Positions 1 to 9,351 of a stretch of DNA of 40,785 nucleotides are shown here, one piece after another. Numbering within the stretch: the stretch's first letter is position 1; the number at the start of each line of letters is the position of its first letter. The notes beneath the pieces are model-generated. The model searched no databases and had not been told where the DNA came from. It worked only from the letters and a program-made list of their open reading frames with translations. A program made the position numbers and the translations under genes. This DNA comes from a bacterium (lineage in GTDB: Bacteria > SZUA-182 > DTGQ01): the NCBI GenBank assembly GCA_040752695.1, contig JBFMGO010000043.1, positions 1-40,785 of the forward strand, written 5' to 3'.

Positions 1-840
1 GAGAAACTCCGCTGCCCTTTGTAAGAAGGCTCCATAGATAAAGCGAAAGCCGGCACCACCCGTACCGATCTCCTCCTGCATGCGAATAACCTGAGCCAGA
101 TAAAGGATAGCTTTCTTCTCCCCCAGCCGCTCGGGCCAGGACACTATCTGCCTGGCCAGATACCGTATGCCGTGCACACCGCCAAAGGGGCGTGGAGCCT
201 TAAGCATCAGGAAGCATGTCCTGCGAATCCCTTTCACGATAGCCCTGTCCACTGCCACCTCTTTACCGCAAAAGGAGGCAGAGGTCCTGGAATGAGACCG
301 GGACGAGCATCCTGTCAGGTAGTACATTTTCCCTTTTGGAGCAAAGGCTCCCCTGGCAAACCTGGCTTTTTGCAAAGAGCGGAGGGAAATGGTAACCGGC
401 CGGTCAAGGGTCGGATCACTGATCGCATACTCTCCCTTCTCCTGGCCATAGGCAATCAGGTTATGCCCATTGAAATGGAACCTGAGTGCATCGGGGAAAA
501 AGGGCAGCCAATATACCCCCACCTGCAAACCGACCGGGATATTTTCTTCAAGCGCCCGGTCAAGCGCTGCCCTGGCCTTTTGCGGATCACGAAAACGGCG
601 TACCTTGACCTTGACCCCGAGCAGCCTGGTAACACGATTGAAGATCGTTCCGGGGATCATACGAAAGGCAGTCAGGGGAATGCCGTCGAGTTTGATGAAA
701 GGCAGGTAGGCAAAAAAGAGCCCCGATCCGATCCCGAAGGCCAATGGTTCGTCGATGTCGAGGCCATAATGCTGCAAAAGGCTTGCAGTGACCCCGCTTT
801 CGCAATGAGCACTCTGTAAGTGATGAAAATCTATTACCAA
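1..840 (-). CDS. BtrH N-terminal/DUF4872 family protein (papain-like putative acyltransferase); 3' end lies outside the window
   Basis: Hand translation of the minus strand from TTG at 840 (GAAGGAG RBS upstream) gives MVIDFHHLQSAHCESGVTASLLQHYG...LRFHFNGHNL...MQEEIGTGGAGFRFIYGAFL, open to base 1. The AHCE, FHFNxHN and QEEIGTGG motifs typify BtrH-like proteins of flexirubin/DAR clusters. Not in the ORF track. Confidence 0.85.
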   Translation of the reverse strand, partial: MVIDFHHLQSAHCESGVTASLLQHYGLDIDEPLAFGIGSGLFFAYLPFIKLDGIPLTAFRMIPGTIFNRVTRLLGVKVKVRRFRDPQKARAALDRALEENIPVGLQVGVYWLPFFPDALRFHFNGHNLIAYGQEKGEYAISDPTLDRPVTISLRSLQKARFARGAFAPKGKMYYLTGCSSRSHSRTSASFCGKEVAVDRAIVKGIRRTCFLMLKAPRPFGGVHGIRYLARQIVSWPERLGEKKAILYLAQVIRMQEEIGTGGAGFRFIYGAFLQRAAEFL

Positions 841-877
841 GAATGCCAACTCCTTCTTTATTCATGAAGCTGGAATG

Positions 878-911
878 AACGATAAGAAGTATGTAACGAT
901 AAGAAGTATGT
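878..911. repeat. Perfect 17-bp tandem duplication (aacgataagaagtatgt x2)
   Basis: Read directly at 878-894 and 895-911, intergenic. Confidence 0.95.
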
Positions 912-946
912 TATTACGATAGATACGTGTTTCAGCCGGTAACTCG

Positions 947-1336
947 TCAAATCCTACCAAGTTCTTCGATCGAAAGGTCAAAGATATCCGCGTACAATTT
1001 CATTTCCCGGCTGCTCAGTTTTTTAAACCCTTTAAGGGTAAGGTGTTGTTTTACTTTTCTCCTGGATTGATGCGTATATTGAGCCAGAAGGCCGATATTC
1101 ATATGGTGCCGGGCCATGTGATAAGCCAGGGGGCTCAGATCGCCTCTCTCCACCTGCCTGCGGATTTCCTCTACCTCCTGGTGGATTTTCTGCCACGCCA
1201 GATTATTGGCGGCATTGGCCGGCTCCCATCCCGAACTGTGGACCTGCACGTATTTTCCATCCTTATCGACGGCATAGCTGACCTCGTGCCAGGCACCGAG
1301 CAGTCCCTCGTCTTGGGGAACTTCGTCTTTACGCAT
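947..1336 (-). CDS. Conserved small hypothetical protein of DAR/flexirubin clusters
   Basis: MRKDEVPQD...YAVDKDGKYVQVHSSGWEP...SPLAYHM resembles the protein usually found between darB and the BtrH-like gene. Start moved to ATG 1336 (GGAG upstream) to avoid overlap with darB. Confidence 0.8.
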   Translation of the reverse strand: MRKDEVPQDEGLLGAWHEVSYAVDKDGKYVQVHSSGWEPANAANNLAWQKIHQEVEEIRRQVERGDLSPLAYHMARHHMNIGLLAQYTHQSRRKVKQHLTLKGFKKLSSREMKLYADIFDLSIEELGRI

Positions 1337-1374
1337 GATTAACTCCAATGATTGACTCCAGCGGGTTTTTTTGA

Positions 1375-2514
1375 TTATACAGCGGTTAACAGCATATAAC
1401 AAATAGAAAATCTTCCACTTTCCGGAATGAAGCAAAGGAGCTTCTGGCCTTTTTTTATTTTTTGCGAGTGGAAAAGCTCTTCAAGCATGATGTAAATGGA
1501 GGCAGCTCCGGTATTGCCTTTTGTATGAAGGTTCGTGAACCATTTATCCAGCGGGATTTCAAAACCGATACTTTTCAGCCGGTCATAGAAATCTTTTTTA
1601 AAGAATTCGGATGAATAGTGAGGCAAAAACCAGTCTACATCCTGAGCACCAAGGTTGTGTCTGCGAATGACAGGGGGCAGGGCACGGTCCACTGCCGTCC
1701 TAACAATTTCCCGGTTGAGGAGTTTTACATCCTGCTGGATGGCAAAGCAGTTACTTTTCAATGCTTCCCCAAGGGAACCAAAACTCCGCCAGCCTTGAAT
1801 TGCTCCATGCTCGTGCTTTATGGCACCCGCATACATACAGGTCTCCAATTCGTTGGCAAACGACAATTGCTCAATCCAATCGATGCGTAAAGACAGCCGG
1901 TTGTCTTCTGCAGGCCGGGATTCCATGAAGACCGCACCGGCCCCATCGGAGAGCATCCATTTTAAAAACTCCGAGTCGAAGCAAAGGGCAGGGTTCTCTT
2001 CCAGTGCAGATTCGGGCCTGGGCGGATTTTGAATATGGAAAAGGGAGGACGCTGTTTCCGAGCCTGTGGCTACGGCGTTTCGGGTAATTCCGGCAGCAAT
2101 GCAGGCAAAGGCGTATTTCATGGCTGTCATGCCGCAAATGCAGATACCCGAAGTGCTGACCACCTCACAGGGGGGAATCCCCAATTCCCCATGAACCATC
2201 GAAGCATGCCCTGGCATTATCTGATCAGGAGTGGATGTGCCGCAACATAAGCATTCGATATCGTTCAGGGAAGAGCGGGAAGAATTCATGAGTCTGCGAA
2301 CCGCTTTAGCCGTCATGTGCGCATTCGTATGCGTGATTCTTCCCGATTGTCGGTCGATGGCGTAGTAACGGGTTTTTATGCCGTTATTGCGAAGAACGGT
2401 GCGCCGTATGCGGGATGACACCCCTTGAGTCTTCCCCATAATCAGCTCTATATCGTCATTGGTGACAGGTTCGTTTGGCAGGAAAGCGGCAATATCAGTT
2501 ATATAAACTTCCAT
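1375..2514 (-). CDS. darB: StlD/DarB-family beta-ketoacyl-ACP synthase III
   Basis: Catalytic Cys in SGICICG, His in LPHYSS, Asn in KGNTGAAS; DarB-type motifs EFLKWMLSDGAGA, ETCMYAG, QQDVKLLN and FIPESGRF. Confidence 0.9.
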   Translation of the reverse strand: MEVYITDIAAFLPNEPVTNDDIELIMGKTQGVSSRIRRTVLRNNGIKTRYYAIDRQSGRITHTNAHMTAKAVRRLMNSSRSSLNDIECLCCGTSTPDQIMPGHASMVHGELGIPPCEVVSTSGICICGMTAMKYAFACIAAGITRNAVATGSETASSLFHIQNPPRPESALEENPALCFDSEFLKWMLSDGAGAVFMESRPAEDNRLSLRIDWIEQLSFANELETCMYAGAIKHEHGAIQGWRSFGSLGEALKSNCFAIQQDVKLLNREIVRTAVDRALPPVIRRHNLGAQDVDWFLPHYSSEFFKKDFYDRLKSIGFEIPLDKWFTNLHTKGNTGAASIYIMLEELFHSQKIKKGQKLLCFIPESGRFSICYMLLTAV

Positions 2515-2529
2515 TTTGAGATGTCCCCT

Positions 2530-3831
2530 TCATAACGTTTTTCTGGAGTGGAATCGTGTGGCGAGCTCGATAAAAAGCGTATAAAACTCCTCTTCGGGGA
2601 GTTTGGTCCGTGTAACCGCGTTGGTTAATGTATAGTAATCCAAATCATGGATGACGATTTTATCCTTCATGGATCGATACAAAGGTGTCCCCGGCAACGG
2701 AGTGAGAACGGAAAATACCGGAAGCTGTATCCTGTTTTCTTCGACAAACCGAGTCAGAACCTGAAAATCTCTCTCTTCGTAATCCGGAGAGATAATGAAA
2801 TCTCCTACGATGGATATGTCCAGGTCATGAAGTATCCTGATCGCTTCACGGACGATACCAGCGGTGTTTTTCTTTCCCCATTGGGCCAAAAGGGTATTGT
2901 TTATTTCTTCGAACCCAACAACGACTGCCTGAAGACCGCTCTTTTTCCATTCCTCAAAAAGCTCTTGGTGGTCAACTACCGTATCCGCACAGGCATCTAC
3001 CAGAAAGAGTTTTTTCAGATCAGCCTCGGCGATAGCCTGACAGAGCTGTTTTGCCCTTTTTACATCACCAAAACTGTTGGCATCGACCAGGCGGATAAAC
3101 GGAATATCCCCCAGGAGCCTGATATCTCTGATAACGGTGTCGGTGTGACAGGTAAGGTAACGTTTTCCTGTCAGATTGGCGATAGAGCAAAAGGAACAGG
3201 AATGAATGCAGCCAAAGGCTGTAGCCACAAAGCCCATCTGCAATCCCAGGGCTGGAATCCGGTAATGATCACGGTATTTATCGACCAGATCGAAGCGGGG
3301 TGCGCAAGATTCCACCAAATCCTCCCGGCTGTAATTGCGGGGAATATATGAGAGTCTGCCTGCCGGATTGGTCCTGGCAATGCCTGGTATCCTTTCCGTC
3401 GGCCTTCCTGTTTCAATGGCTGAAACAAGTTCCCGAAAGCTGGCCTTTCCTAATCCTGTGACAATATAATCGACAGCCGGATGATTAAAAAATTGAGGAT
3501 CGCTGCTGGCATGGATTCCTCCGACGACAACGGTACTCTCCTTTTTTTGTTCCTTGACGTTTTGACAAAGGCGCAAAACGGTCCTGACTTCACAGGTCAG
3601 GCCGGTAATACCGACCAGATCGGGATCGAAGGCAGAAAGAGTATCGGACAGGCTCTCTCCCTGAACCTTGAGATCGAGAATGTGCGTCTTATGGTCATAG
3701 AGATTTCCCGCCAGGGCTTCCAGGGCCAGCGGTTCTCCGCGAAATATTTGATACGCTGGTTTAAACCCGTATTTTTCCTGAGAAATGCTCCGTCCACAAT
3801 TGGGCGGATTGACGAGAAGGATTTTCATCAT
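2530..3831 (-). CDS. Cobalamin-dependent (class B) radical SAM protein, HpnR-like putative C-methyltransferase
   Basis: N-terminal B12-binding domain (KILLVNPP, EPLALE, VVGGIHAS), CxxxCxxC (GCIHSCSFC), LTPLPGTPLY and a C-terminal NAVTRTKLPEEEFY. Confidence 0.9.
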   Translation of the reverse strand: MMKILLVNPPNCGRSISQEKYGFKPAYQIFRGEPLALEALAGNLYDHKTHILDLKVQGESLSDTLSAFDPDLVGITGLTCEVRTVLRLCQNVKEQKKESTVVVGGIHASSDPQFFNHPAVDYIVTGLGKASFRELVSAIETGRPTERIPGIARTNPAGRLSYIPRNYSREDLVESCAPRFDLVDKYRDHYRIPALGLQMGFVATAFGCIHSCSFCSIANLTGKRYLTCHTDTVIRDIRLLGDIPFIRLVDANSFGDVKRAKQLCQAIAEADLKKLFLVDACADTVVDHQELFEEWKKSGLQAVVVGFEEINNTLLAQWGKKNTAGIVREAIRILHDLDISIVGDFIISPDYEERDFQVLTRFVEENRIQLPVFSVLTPLPGTPLYRSMKDKIVIHDLDYYTLTNAVTRTKLPEEEFYTLFIELATRFHSRKTL

Positions 3832-4152
3832 AAAAACCTTTTCAGGTGTTATTCCTCTCTTTTAAAAAAAAGAGAGACGTTTCAACGGGAAAAGAGTAAC
3901 GTTGAATTATGCAATGATATAAGAACTAAGGGCTTGTGTCAATGATGGAAAAGAGGTGATTGAAAAGGTCATTGATATAGTTATTGTCGAATATAAATTC
4001 TAAGGAAACCAGGGCATTTCCCTGCACCGCCCGGCTGATACCTGCAAATTGTTCTTGAAAAATATCCGGAGAGATTGTATCATTCCGTTGCACACACCTT
4101 GTAATGTAAGCTGTTAATAAACAATTTACTATTCCATCAAGGACAGGGGGAA

Positions 4153-4458
4153 ATGGAAGAAGATCAGGCAAAGGATTTGGCAGAAGTACGAAAGAGAGTG
4201 AAAGAACTGCTGGTCGACAATCTTTCTCTAGAAGACATTAAGGTGCAGGACATCCGGGATGATGAACTGTTGTTCGGGGAAGAAGGGCTTGGCCTTGACT
4301 CTCTGGATGCTGTTGAAATAGTTGTCCTTTTGCAGAGAAATTTTGGATTGGAGTTGAAAGACATAGACCAGGGCAGAAAAATATTCTACTCGATCGATAC
4401 CCTGGCCCGGTATATTTATGAAAACAGGGAAGGCACTGTCCTGAAAGAGCGTTTGTGA
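4153..4458 (+). CDS. Acyl carrier protein (aryl-polyene cluster type)
   Basis: Acidic 101-aa protein with the GLGLDSLDAVE phosphopantetheine-Ser motif; purine-rich RBS upstream. Confidence 0.95.
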   Translation: MEEDQAKDLAEVRKRVKELLVDNLSLEDIKVQDIRDDELLFGEEGLGLDSLDAVEIVVLLQRNFGLELKDIDQGRKIFYSIDTLARYIYENREGTVLKERL

Positions 4459-4553
4459 CCGCAAGAGTGTTTGTAACCTAAAAAGGCATTTGTGACCTCA
4501 ACGGCATTTGTAACCTTAAGAGCGTTTGTAACCTTAAGAGCGTTTGTAACCTC
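4445..4553 (+). repeat. Six degenerate tandem copies of an 18-bp unit (consensus aagagcgtttgtaacctt)
   Basis: Units at 4445, 4463, 4482, 4500, 4518 and 4536; the first copy contains the ACP stop codon. No spacers. Confidence 0.95.
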
Positions 4554-4556
4554 GGT

Positions 4557-5786
4557 ATGAAAAAGGTAGCCATAAGCGGCCTGGGAGTGATTTCTGCTGC
4601 CGGACAGGGCATTTCCGAAACTCTGGAAACCTTTTCCTCTGGACGAAGAAATGGGGGTCGGGTGTCACTTTTTCCCACCGCGCTCTCCTATCCGGTTTTC
4701 GAAGTAAAAAAGATACCCGCTCAATGGCATAAAGAGGGGATGCGTACCCTGAGCCTCGCCCTGTGCGCAGTAAACGGCGCATTACGCGATGCCGGATTGC
4801 CGGATGACCTCTCCCGCCTGAAGGTGGGAGTCTGCCTGGGAACCACGGTAGCCAGTCAGTTAAATGATCTCGATTTTTACCGCGCTTACCGCAAGACCGG
4901 CAAAGCTCCCATGGAGCCGGTCAACCGCTTTCTTGAGGGAAACCTTGCCGAAGCTGTCGCTCACGCTTTTAAGGTGCAGGGGCCATCCCTTACCGTAGTC
5001 AATGCCTGCTCATCCGGGGCTGACGCCATCGGAGCAGCATTGTCCTGGTTGAGGAATGGAATATGCGATATAGCCATCGCCGGTGGAGCCGATGAATTGA
5101 ACCGTGTACCCTTATGCGGGTTCGGATCCTTAGGGATCATGAGCGAGTCGTTCTGTGCACCCTTTGACCGTGAGCGGTCGGGCCTGAACCTTGGCGAAGG
5201 TGCCGGGGTTCTTATTCTTGAATCCGATGAAATCTGCCGGCAGAGGGGAAAAACTCCAATCGGGTACCTTGCAGGATACGGAATTGCTGCTGACGCTTAT
5301 CACCTGACAGCCCCCCACCCGGAAGGAAAGGGTCTTGAGGCGGCGCTTCGAAAGGCATTGGCCGAAGCCGGTATTACGCCGGATGAGGTCTGTTTTGTCA
5401 ATGCTCATGGTACAGCCACCCCGGATAACGATAAGGTCGAGGGAACCCTTCTGGCCCGTATTTTTGGACCGGATATAAAGGTCCTTTCCACCAAAGGATA
5501 TACGGGACACACCCTGGGCGCCGCCGGTGGCCTGGAAGCAGCTTTTACCGTGGCCGCACTCCGTGAGGAGTGGATACCGGCCAGCATCGGCTTCGTTCAT
5601 CAGGACAGCGAAATACCGCTGGCTCCAGTAACGGAAAAAACACCGACAGAGAAGGGATACGGAGTGTCTACCTCTTTAGCCTTTGGCGGAAATAACACAG
5701 CCCTCGTTTTCGCTTCGGCATTTTCGCATCGGTACAAGAGCAGGACATCACCCCCTATTTCTCATAAAGACCGGAGTACCGTATGA
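4557..5786 (+). CDS. Beta-ketoacyl-ACP synthase (FabF-like, aryl-polyene KS)
   Basis: Cys-His-His triad intact: NACSSG, NAHGTAT, KGYTGHTLGAAG; C-terminal SLAFGGNN. Confidence 0.95.
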   Translation: MKKVAISGLGVISAAGQGISETLETFSSGRRNGGRVSLFPTALSYPVFEVKKIPAQWHKEGMRTLSLALCAVNGALRDAGLPDDLSRLKVGVCLGTTVASQLNDLDFYRAYRKTGKAPMEPVNRFLEGNLAEAVAHAFKVQGPSLTVVNACSSGADAIGAALSWLRNGICDIAIAGGADELNRVPLCGFGSLGIMSESFCAPFDRERSGLNLGEGAGVLILESDEICRQRGKTPIGYLAGYGIAADAYHLTAPHPEGKGLEAALRKALAEAGITPDEVCFVNAHGTATPDNDKVEGTLLARIFGPDIKVLSTKGYTGHTLGAAGGLEAAFTVAALREEWIPASIGFVHQDSEIPLAPVTEKTPTEKGYGVSTSLAFGGNNTALVFASAFSHRYKSRTSPPISHKDRSTV

Positions 5787-5875
5787 ATGGTATCGGGAAA
5801 ATGCAGTATGAATGGTACCGGGTGAAAGATACCGTATGAATGGTACCGGAAGAAGTGCAGTATGTATATTGCCGG
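5781..5875 (+). repeat. Three copies plus a degenerate fourth of gtatgaatggtaccgg (25-28 bp period) at the KS/CLF junction
   Basis: Copies start at 5781, 5806, 5834 and 5860. The first holds the KS stop codon and the last holds the next start codon. Confidence 0.9.
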
Positions 5876-6971
5876 AATAGGGATTATTTTCTCTCGCGGA
5901 CGGGGAATCGAAAGCTTCAGCCATGCCCTGCAAAAGGGGTGGAAGCCTCCTCAATTCATCGAGCATGCCTCCTTTTCAGATAAACCAATCCCCCTCTACG
6001 CCGTAGACCAGGAATTCATCATGGACAAGGCGGTCCTGGGAAAATCACGCAGGGCGGACAGGTTCTGCAAAATGGCTGTACTGGCTGCCTGGGATGCCGT
6101 CAAAGACAGCGGTTTGTCAGACGTCCTGTTAAACGGCAGCATGTCGCCCGGCGAAGATGCGCCGTCTCTAGGCATTATTCATGCCACGGCACTGGGACCT
6201 CACACAACCACTTTTCGTTTTCTGGACGATATCCTTGATTATGGGGAAGCGAATGTCTCTCCAACCGCCTTTTCTCACTCGGTGCATAACGCCGCTGCAT
6301 CTTATATTGCCTCCGTGCTGGACATCCGCGGCCCCACCATAACGGTGAGTCAGTTTGTTTTCTCGTTTCATCAGGCTCTCCTTTTGGCTCAATCCTGGCT
6401 CGAGGAAAAACGGTGCGACTTTGTTCTCGTTGGAAGCACGGATGAATGCGGGCAGGTTATGGAATACATTTGCCGTCAAAAACTGCACATCGCTGATGAT
6501 GGCCGGATAAAACCTTTCCATTTTTCAGCCTCGCCGGAGGCTGTTCCTGGCGAGGGGAGCGTATTTTTCCTTATGACGCAGGAGAAGAATCTCCCTGCAC
6601 CTGCCAGATATGGTGAAGTGTATGAAATTTCACTCTTCGATCATCAGAACGAAGAGGATGCACCTGATATATGTCTCATCGAGACAGACGGAATGACCGG
6701 TGATGAGACTGCCTGCCGCAATGACATCATTCCCGGCGCTTATGTTGCAGGCTACTCACCCCTGTTTGGCAGTTTTATGGCCGGAAGCGGTTTTCAGTGC
6801 GCTGCCGCTGCTCTCATGCTGAAAAGGCAAATCAGATATGCCTGTCCAGTTCAGGACAATCCATACGGAGTGAATCTGTGTACAGCGACCGAACCATCCG
6901 AAATAAGAACTATTTATAGTTTCAGGCACTGTTGCGGGCATAAAAAAGCTGTCATTAAGTTAAGGCGATAG
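5862..6971 (+). CDS. Catalytically inactive ketosynthase / chain-length-factor-like partner
   Basis: KS fold motifs (RRADRF, SPTAFSHSVHNAAAS, PGEGSVFF) are present, but the active-site Cys region reads TVSQFVFSF and the His motifs are absent. Confidence 0.85.
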   Translation: MYIAGIGIIFSRGRGIESFSHALQKGWKPPQFIEHASFSDKPIPLYAVDQEFIMDKAVLGKSRRADRFCKMAVLAAWDAVKDSGLSDVLLNGSMSPGEDAPSLGIIHATALGPHTTTFRFLDDILDYGEANVSPTAFSHSVHNAAASYIASVLDIRGPTITVSQFVFSFHQALLLAQSWLEEKRCDFVLVGSTDECGQVMEYICRQKLHIADDGRIKPFHFSASPEAVPGEGSVFFLMTQEKNLPAPARYGEVYEISLFDHQNEEDAPDICLIETDGMTGDETACRNDIIPGAYVAGYSPLFGSFMAGSGFQCAAAALMLKRQIRYACPVQDNPYGVNLCTATEPSEIRTIYSFRHCCGHKKAVIKLRR

Positions 6972-6996
6972 CGTTCAAGTTACGGCGATAGCGTTC
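6957..6996. repeat. 20-bp tandem duplication spanning the CLF stop codon
   Basis: aagttaaggcgatagcgttc / aagttacggcgatagcgttc, one mismatch. Confidence 0.95.
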
Positions 6997-7188
6997 GTTT
7001 GAGTCAGCAGCTAAAGCCATGTGTTATCTTCGGGCACCGGGAGGGCCGATACGGTCCCGCGACAACAGCTCGATCGCATAATCGATTCCATTGCGGTTCT
7101 TTGGCGGTTCTTCAATTTGTTTTATCCCTTCTTTTGACCGTCTGGCAGCCGCTCTATAACATTAACCCTGTAATATGAGGATAGTATC

Positions 7189-7806
7189 ATGCAAAAGGAA
7201 AAAAAACATGTAGTAACCGCCCTCGTTATAACTCTTTCTCTTTGCTTTTTGGGGATTTTTTCCGGATGTGCTACTTCGGGAAGAACAGATCTTGCCGGGG
7301 AATCCAATGCCGTTTCAACCAATCCGGAAGGCAGAACCTATTACACTAAAGTCAATATCTGGTACGAAGATCCATCGCGAATTTTCTCCACCAATTATCA
7401 TAAAGGAAACATCATTCCGGTTGGAACGCAAGTAAAAATCCGCAGCTTTCGGATGGATCAGATCCAGTTTACCGATGAAAGTGAAGCAACCGTCTATACA
7501 CTGATTTATATGTCAAAATACAGCCAGGTGACGATGAAGGAACTCTTTGACCAGTATTTCTCAGAAGGGAATGTCATGGCTGAAGGCGGCGAATTCACTA
7601 AGTTTACCAAGGAGGAGCAAGATAATATCAAAATGGGCACCATTGCCGAAGGTATGTGCCGGGAAGCGGTACTCATGGCCTACGGATATCCTCCGAAGCA
7701 TAGAACGCCCAGTCTGTCAAATAATATGTGGACCTACTGGAATAATCGCTTCGATACGGTAGTGATAACCTTTCAAGATGACAGGGTTCAGAATATCAAA
7801 AACTAG
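7189..7806 (+). CDS. Putative lipoprotein with C-terminal SmpA/BamE-like motif
   Basis: Signal peptide with lipobox FSGC; C-terminal IAEGMCREAVLMAYGYP...WTYW; GAGG RBS. Confidence 0.75.
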   Translation: MQKEKKHVVTALVITLSLCFLGIFSGCATSGRTDLAGESNAVSTNPEGRTYYTKVNIWYEDPSRIFSTNYHKGNIIPVGTQVKIRSFRMDQIQFTDESEATVYTLIYMSKYSQVTMKELFDQYFSEGNVMAEGGEFTKFTKEEQDNIKMGTIAEGMCREAVLMAYGYPPKHRTPSLSNNMWTYWNNRFDTVVITFQDDRVQNIKN

Positions 7807-7878
7807 GCAAGTTCTTTGAGGTCATGACCCCAATGCGCTATTTCTTTGGGGTTATGATCCCCATGTGCGCTATATCGA

Positions 7879-7922
7879 AACAAAACAACAGGCAGGTTTT
7901 TCAACCTGCCTGTTGTTTTGTT
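7879..7922. terminator. Bidirectional intrinsic terminator between convergent genes
   Basis: Long perfect hairpin caaaacaacaggcaggtt-tttc-aacctgcctgttgttttg. Confidence 0.85.
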
Positions 7923-7953
7923 AGTGACTGATCTTTGCCTCTCTCGGCCTTTT

Positions 7954-8550
7954 TTATAATCCATCGTCAGGATAAAGCACGGGTTGATTTGAACCGCTCT
8001 TTTCGTTCCATGCCTTAAGGTATTTTTCCTTTTTAGCCTGGATGCTTCGGGAATTCTGTCTCGCCCAGTTATATGAGCTATCCGTATTTTCAACATACTC
8101 ACATCCACGCTGCCAATCCTTGAACTTATCTGATGACAATTCGTCTTTATGAACCGGATACAAAGAAAACCGGGCCTTCCAGGCACCCATTCTCGGAGTA
8201 ACAAGAGCATAATACGTTTTGCCTGATTCCAGGTCAGCTTTCATAAAATCGGCGCTTTCTCCAACCACCATAAATAAATGTTCGCCGGGATCAGTTTCAT
8301 AAGCTACCATCTTTTTTGCAGGAACTATTCCTACGAGTTTATCTTCCCCTTCGGTAGCATCGAAAACGGAAGATTGTATGGCGTATGCCATACCGGAAGG
8401 ACGCATAAAAACGACTAAAGATTTATTATCTCCGGGAAGATGAGAGGTATCGTAATCAGGAACCAGTTTCATGTATTTGGAAGATCCTGCACACCCGGCA
8501 AAAAATAAGGCAATAATCATAACCACTATAAATCTGAAATAATTTTTCAT
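7954..8550 (-). CDS. Putative lipoprotein (DUF2846-like)
   Basis: Lipobox FAGC; motifs VVFMRPS, PGEHLFMVVGESADF and GKTYY. Confidence 0.75.
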   Translation of the reverse strand: MKNYFRFIVVMIIALFFAGCAGSSKYMKLVPDYDTSHLPGDNKSLVVFMRPSGMAYAIQSSVFDATEGEDKLVGIVPAKKMVAYETDPGEHLFMVVGESADFMKADLESGKTYYALVTPRMGAWKARFSLYPVHKDELSSDKFKDWQRGCEYVENTDSSYNWARQNSRSIQAKKEKYLKAWNEKSGSNQPVLYPDDGL

Positions 8551-8645
8551 CTGAAAATCTCCTGATATAAGATCGTATTATAAAAAAGAGATCGTGGATG
8601 TTTATGGTAATTATTTGCCTGGATATCTACCGTAAGTACGGTTGC

Positions 8646-9263
8646 TTAGAAGACGGCATACAAACTGATCGTAAATTCGCCGGGTTTAATCTTTTCCGGT
8701 TCACTTGTATAGCCATAATAATAAGAAGAAGCAGTATATTTCTCAAACTCTATCTCGGACGAATCGTAAGATAATTCAAGGCCAAAACCTACTACTTTGT
8801 TTCTTAAAAATTCAACCCCGCCAGCCAGGAACAGGCCGGGAGTCGAGCTTTCTACATAATCTCCGCTGGCTGCGTTATAGCTCACTCCGGCGCGGACATA
8901 GGGGGAAACACTGAGCTGAGGAATTGCGTATCGAACATCAAATTTAAGCGGGACATTTATAAACTCGGTGTCACCCAGGACCATCATGAGGGGACCAACC
9001 CCGATACCAATTCCAAGGCCAAAGTCGAATTCGACATAAGGATTGAATGCAAGACCGACCGGAACAGCATCGGTTGAAGTCGTCACATTGCCTTCTGCTT
9101 CTAAGTTATTTTCATGAAGATCTGCAATGTCCTGAAAGTTACTGATATAAGTCAGGCCGACTGGAAACCGCCAATCGACGGCAAAGGCTGAATTACTTCC
9201 GGTCACTGTTATTACCATAATCATAGCTGCTATCATACTGAAAATTATTACCTTTTCCTTCAT
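8646..9263 (-). CDS. Outer-membrane beta-barrel protein (OmpA-TM/OmpW-like)
   Basis: Signal peptide ending AFA, amphipathic strands (SPYVRAGVSY), terminal aromatic beta-signal SLYAVF; AGGAGG RBS. Confidence 0.8.
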   Translation of the reverse strand: MKEKVIIFSMIAAMIMVITVTGSNSAFAVDWRFPVGLTYISNFQDIADLHENNLEAEGNVTTSTDAVPVGLAFNPYVEFDFGLGIGIGVGPLMMVLGDTEFINVPLKFDVRYAIPQLSVSPYVRAGVSYNAASGDYVESSTPGLFLAGGVEFLRNKVVGFGLELSYDSSEIEFEKYTASSYYYGYTSEPEKIKPGEFTISLYAVF

Positions 9264-9351
9264 TTACCGCTCTCCTCCTGGTTAAAGTGTAAGTAAAAGA
9301 TCCTTAATTATTAGAAGATACTAACCTGTGTTTAATGTATAAATTAATACT

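Noticed and set aside
172..819. 215-aa plus-strand ORF
   Set aside because: Antisense shadow of the BtrH-like gene.
4445..4553. CRISPR array
   Set aside because: The 18-bp units are head-to-tail with no unique spacers, and there are no cas genes.
2530..6971. Ladderane biosynthesis
   Set aside because: B12 radical SAM plus ACP/KS genes also occur in anammox candidate clusters, but darB, the BtrH-like gene and the KS/CLF pair fit an aryl-polyene/DAR cluster better.
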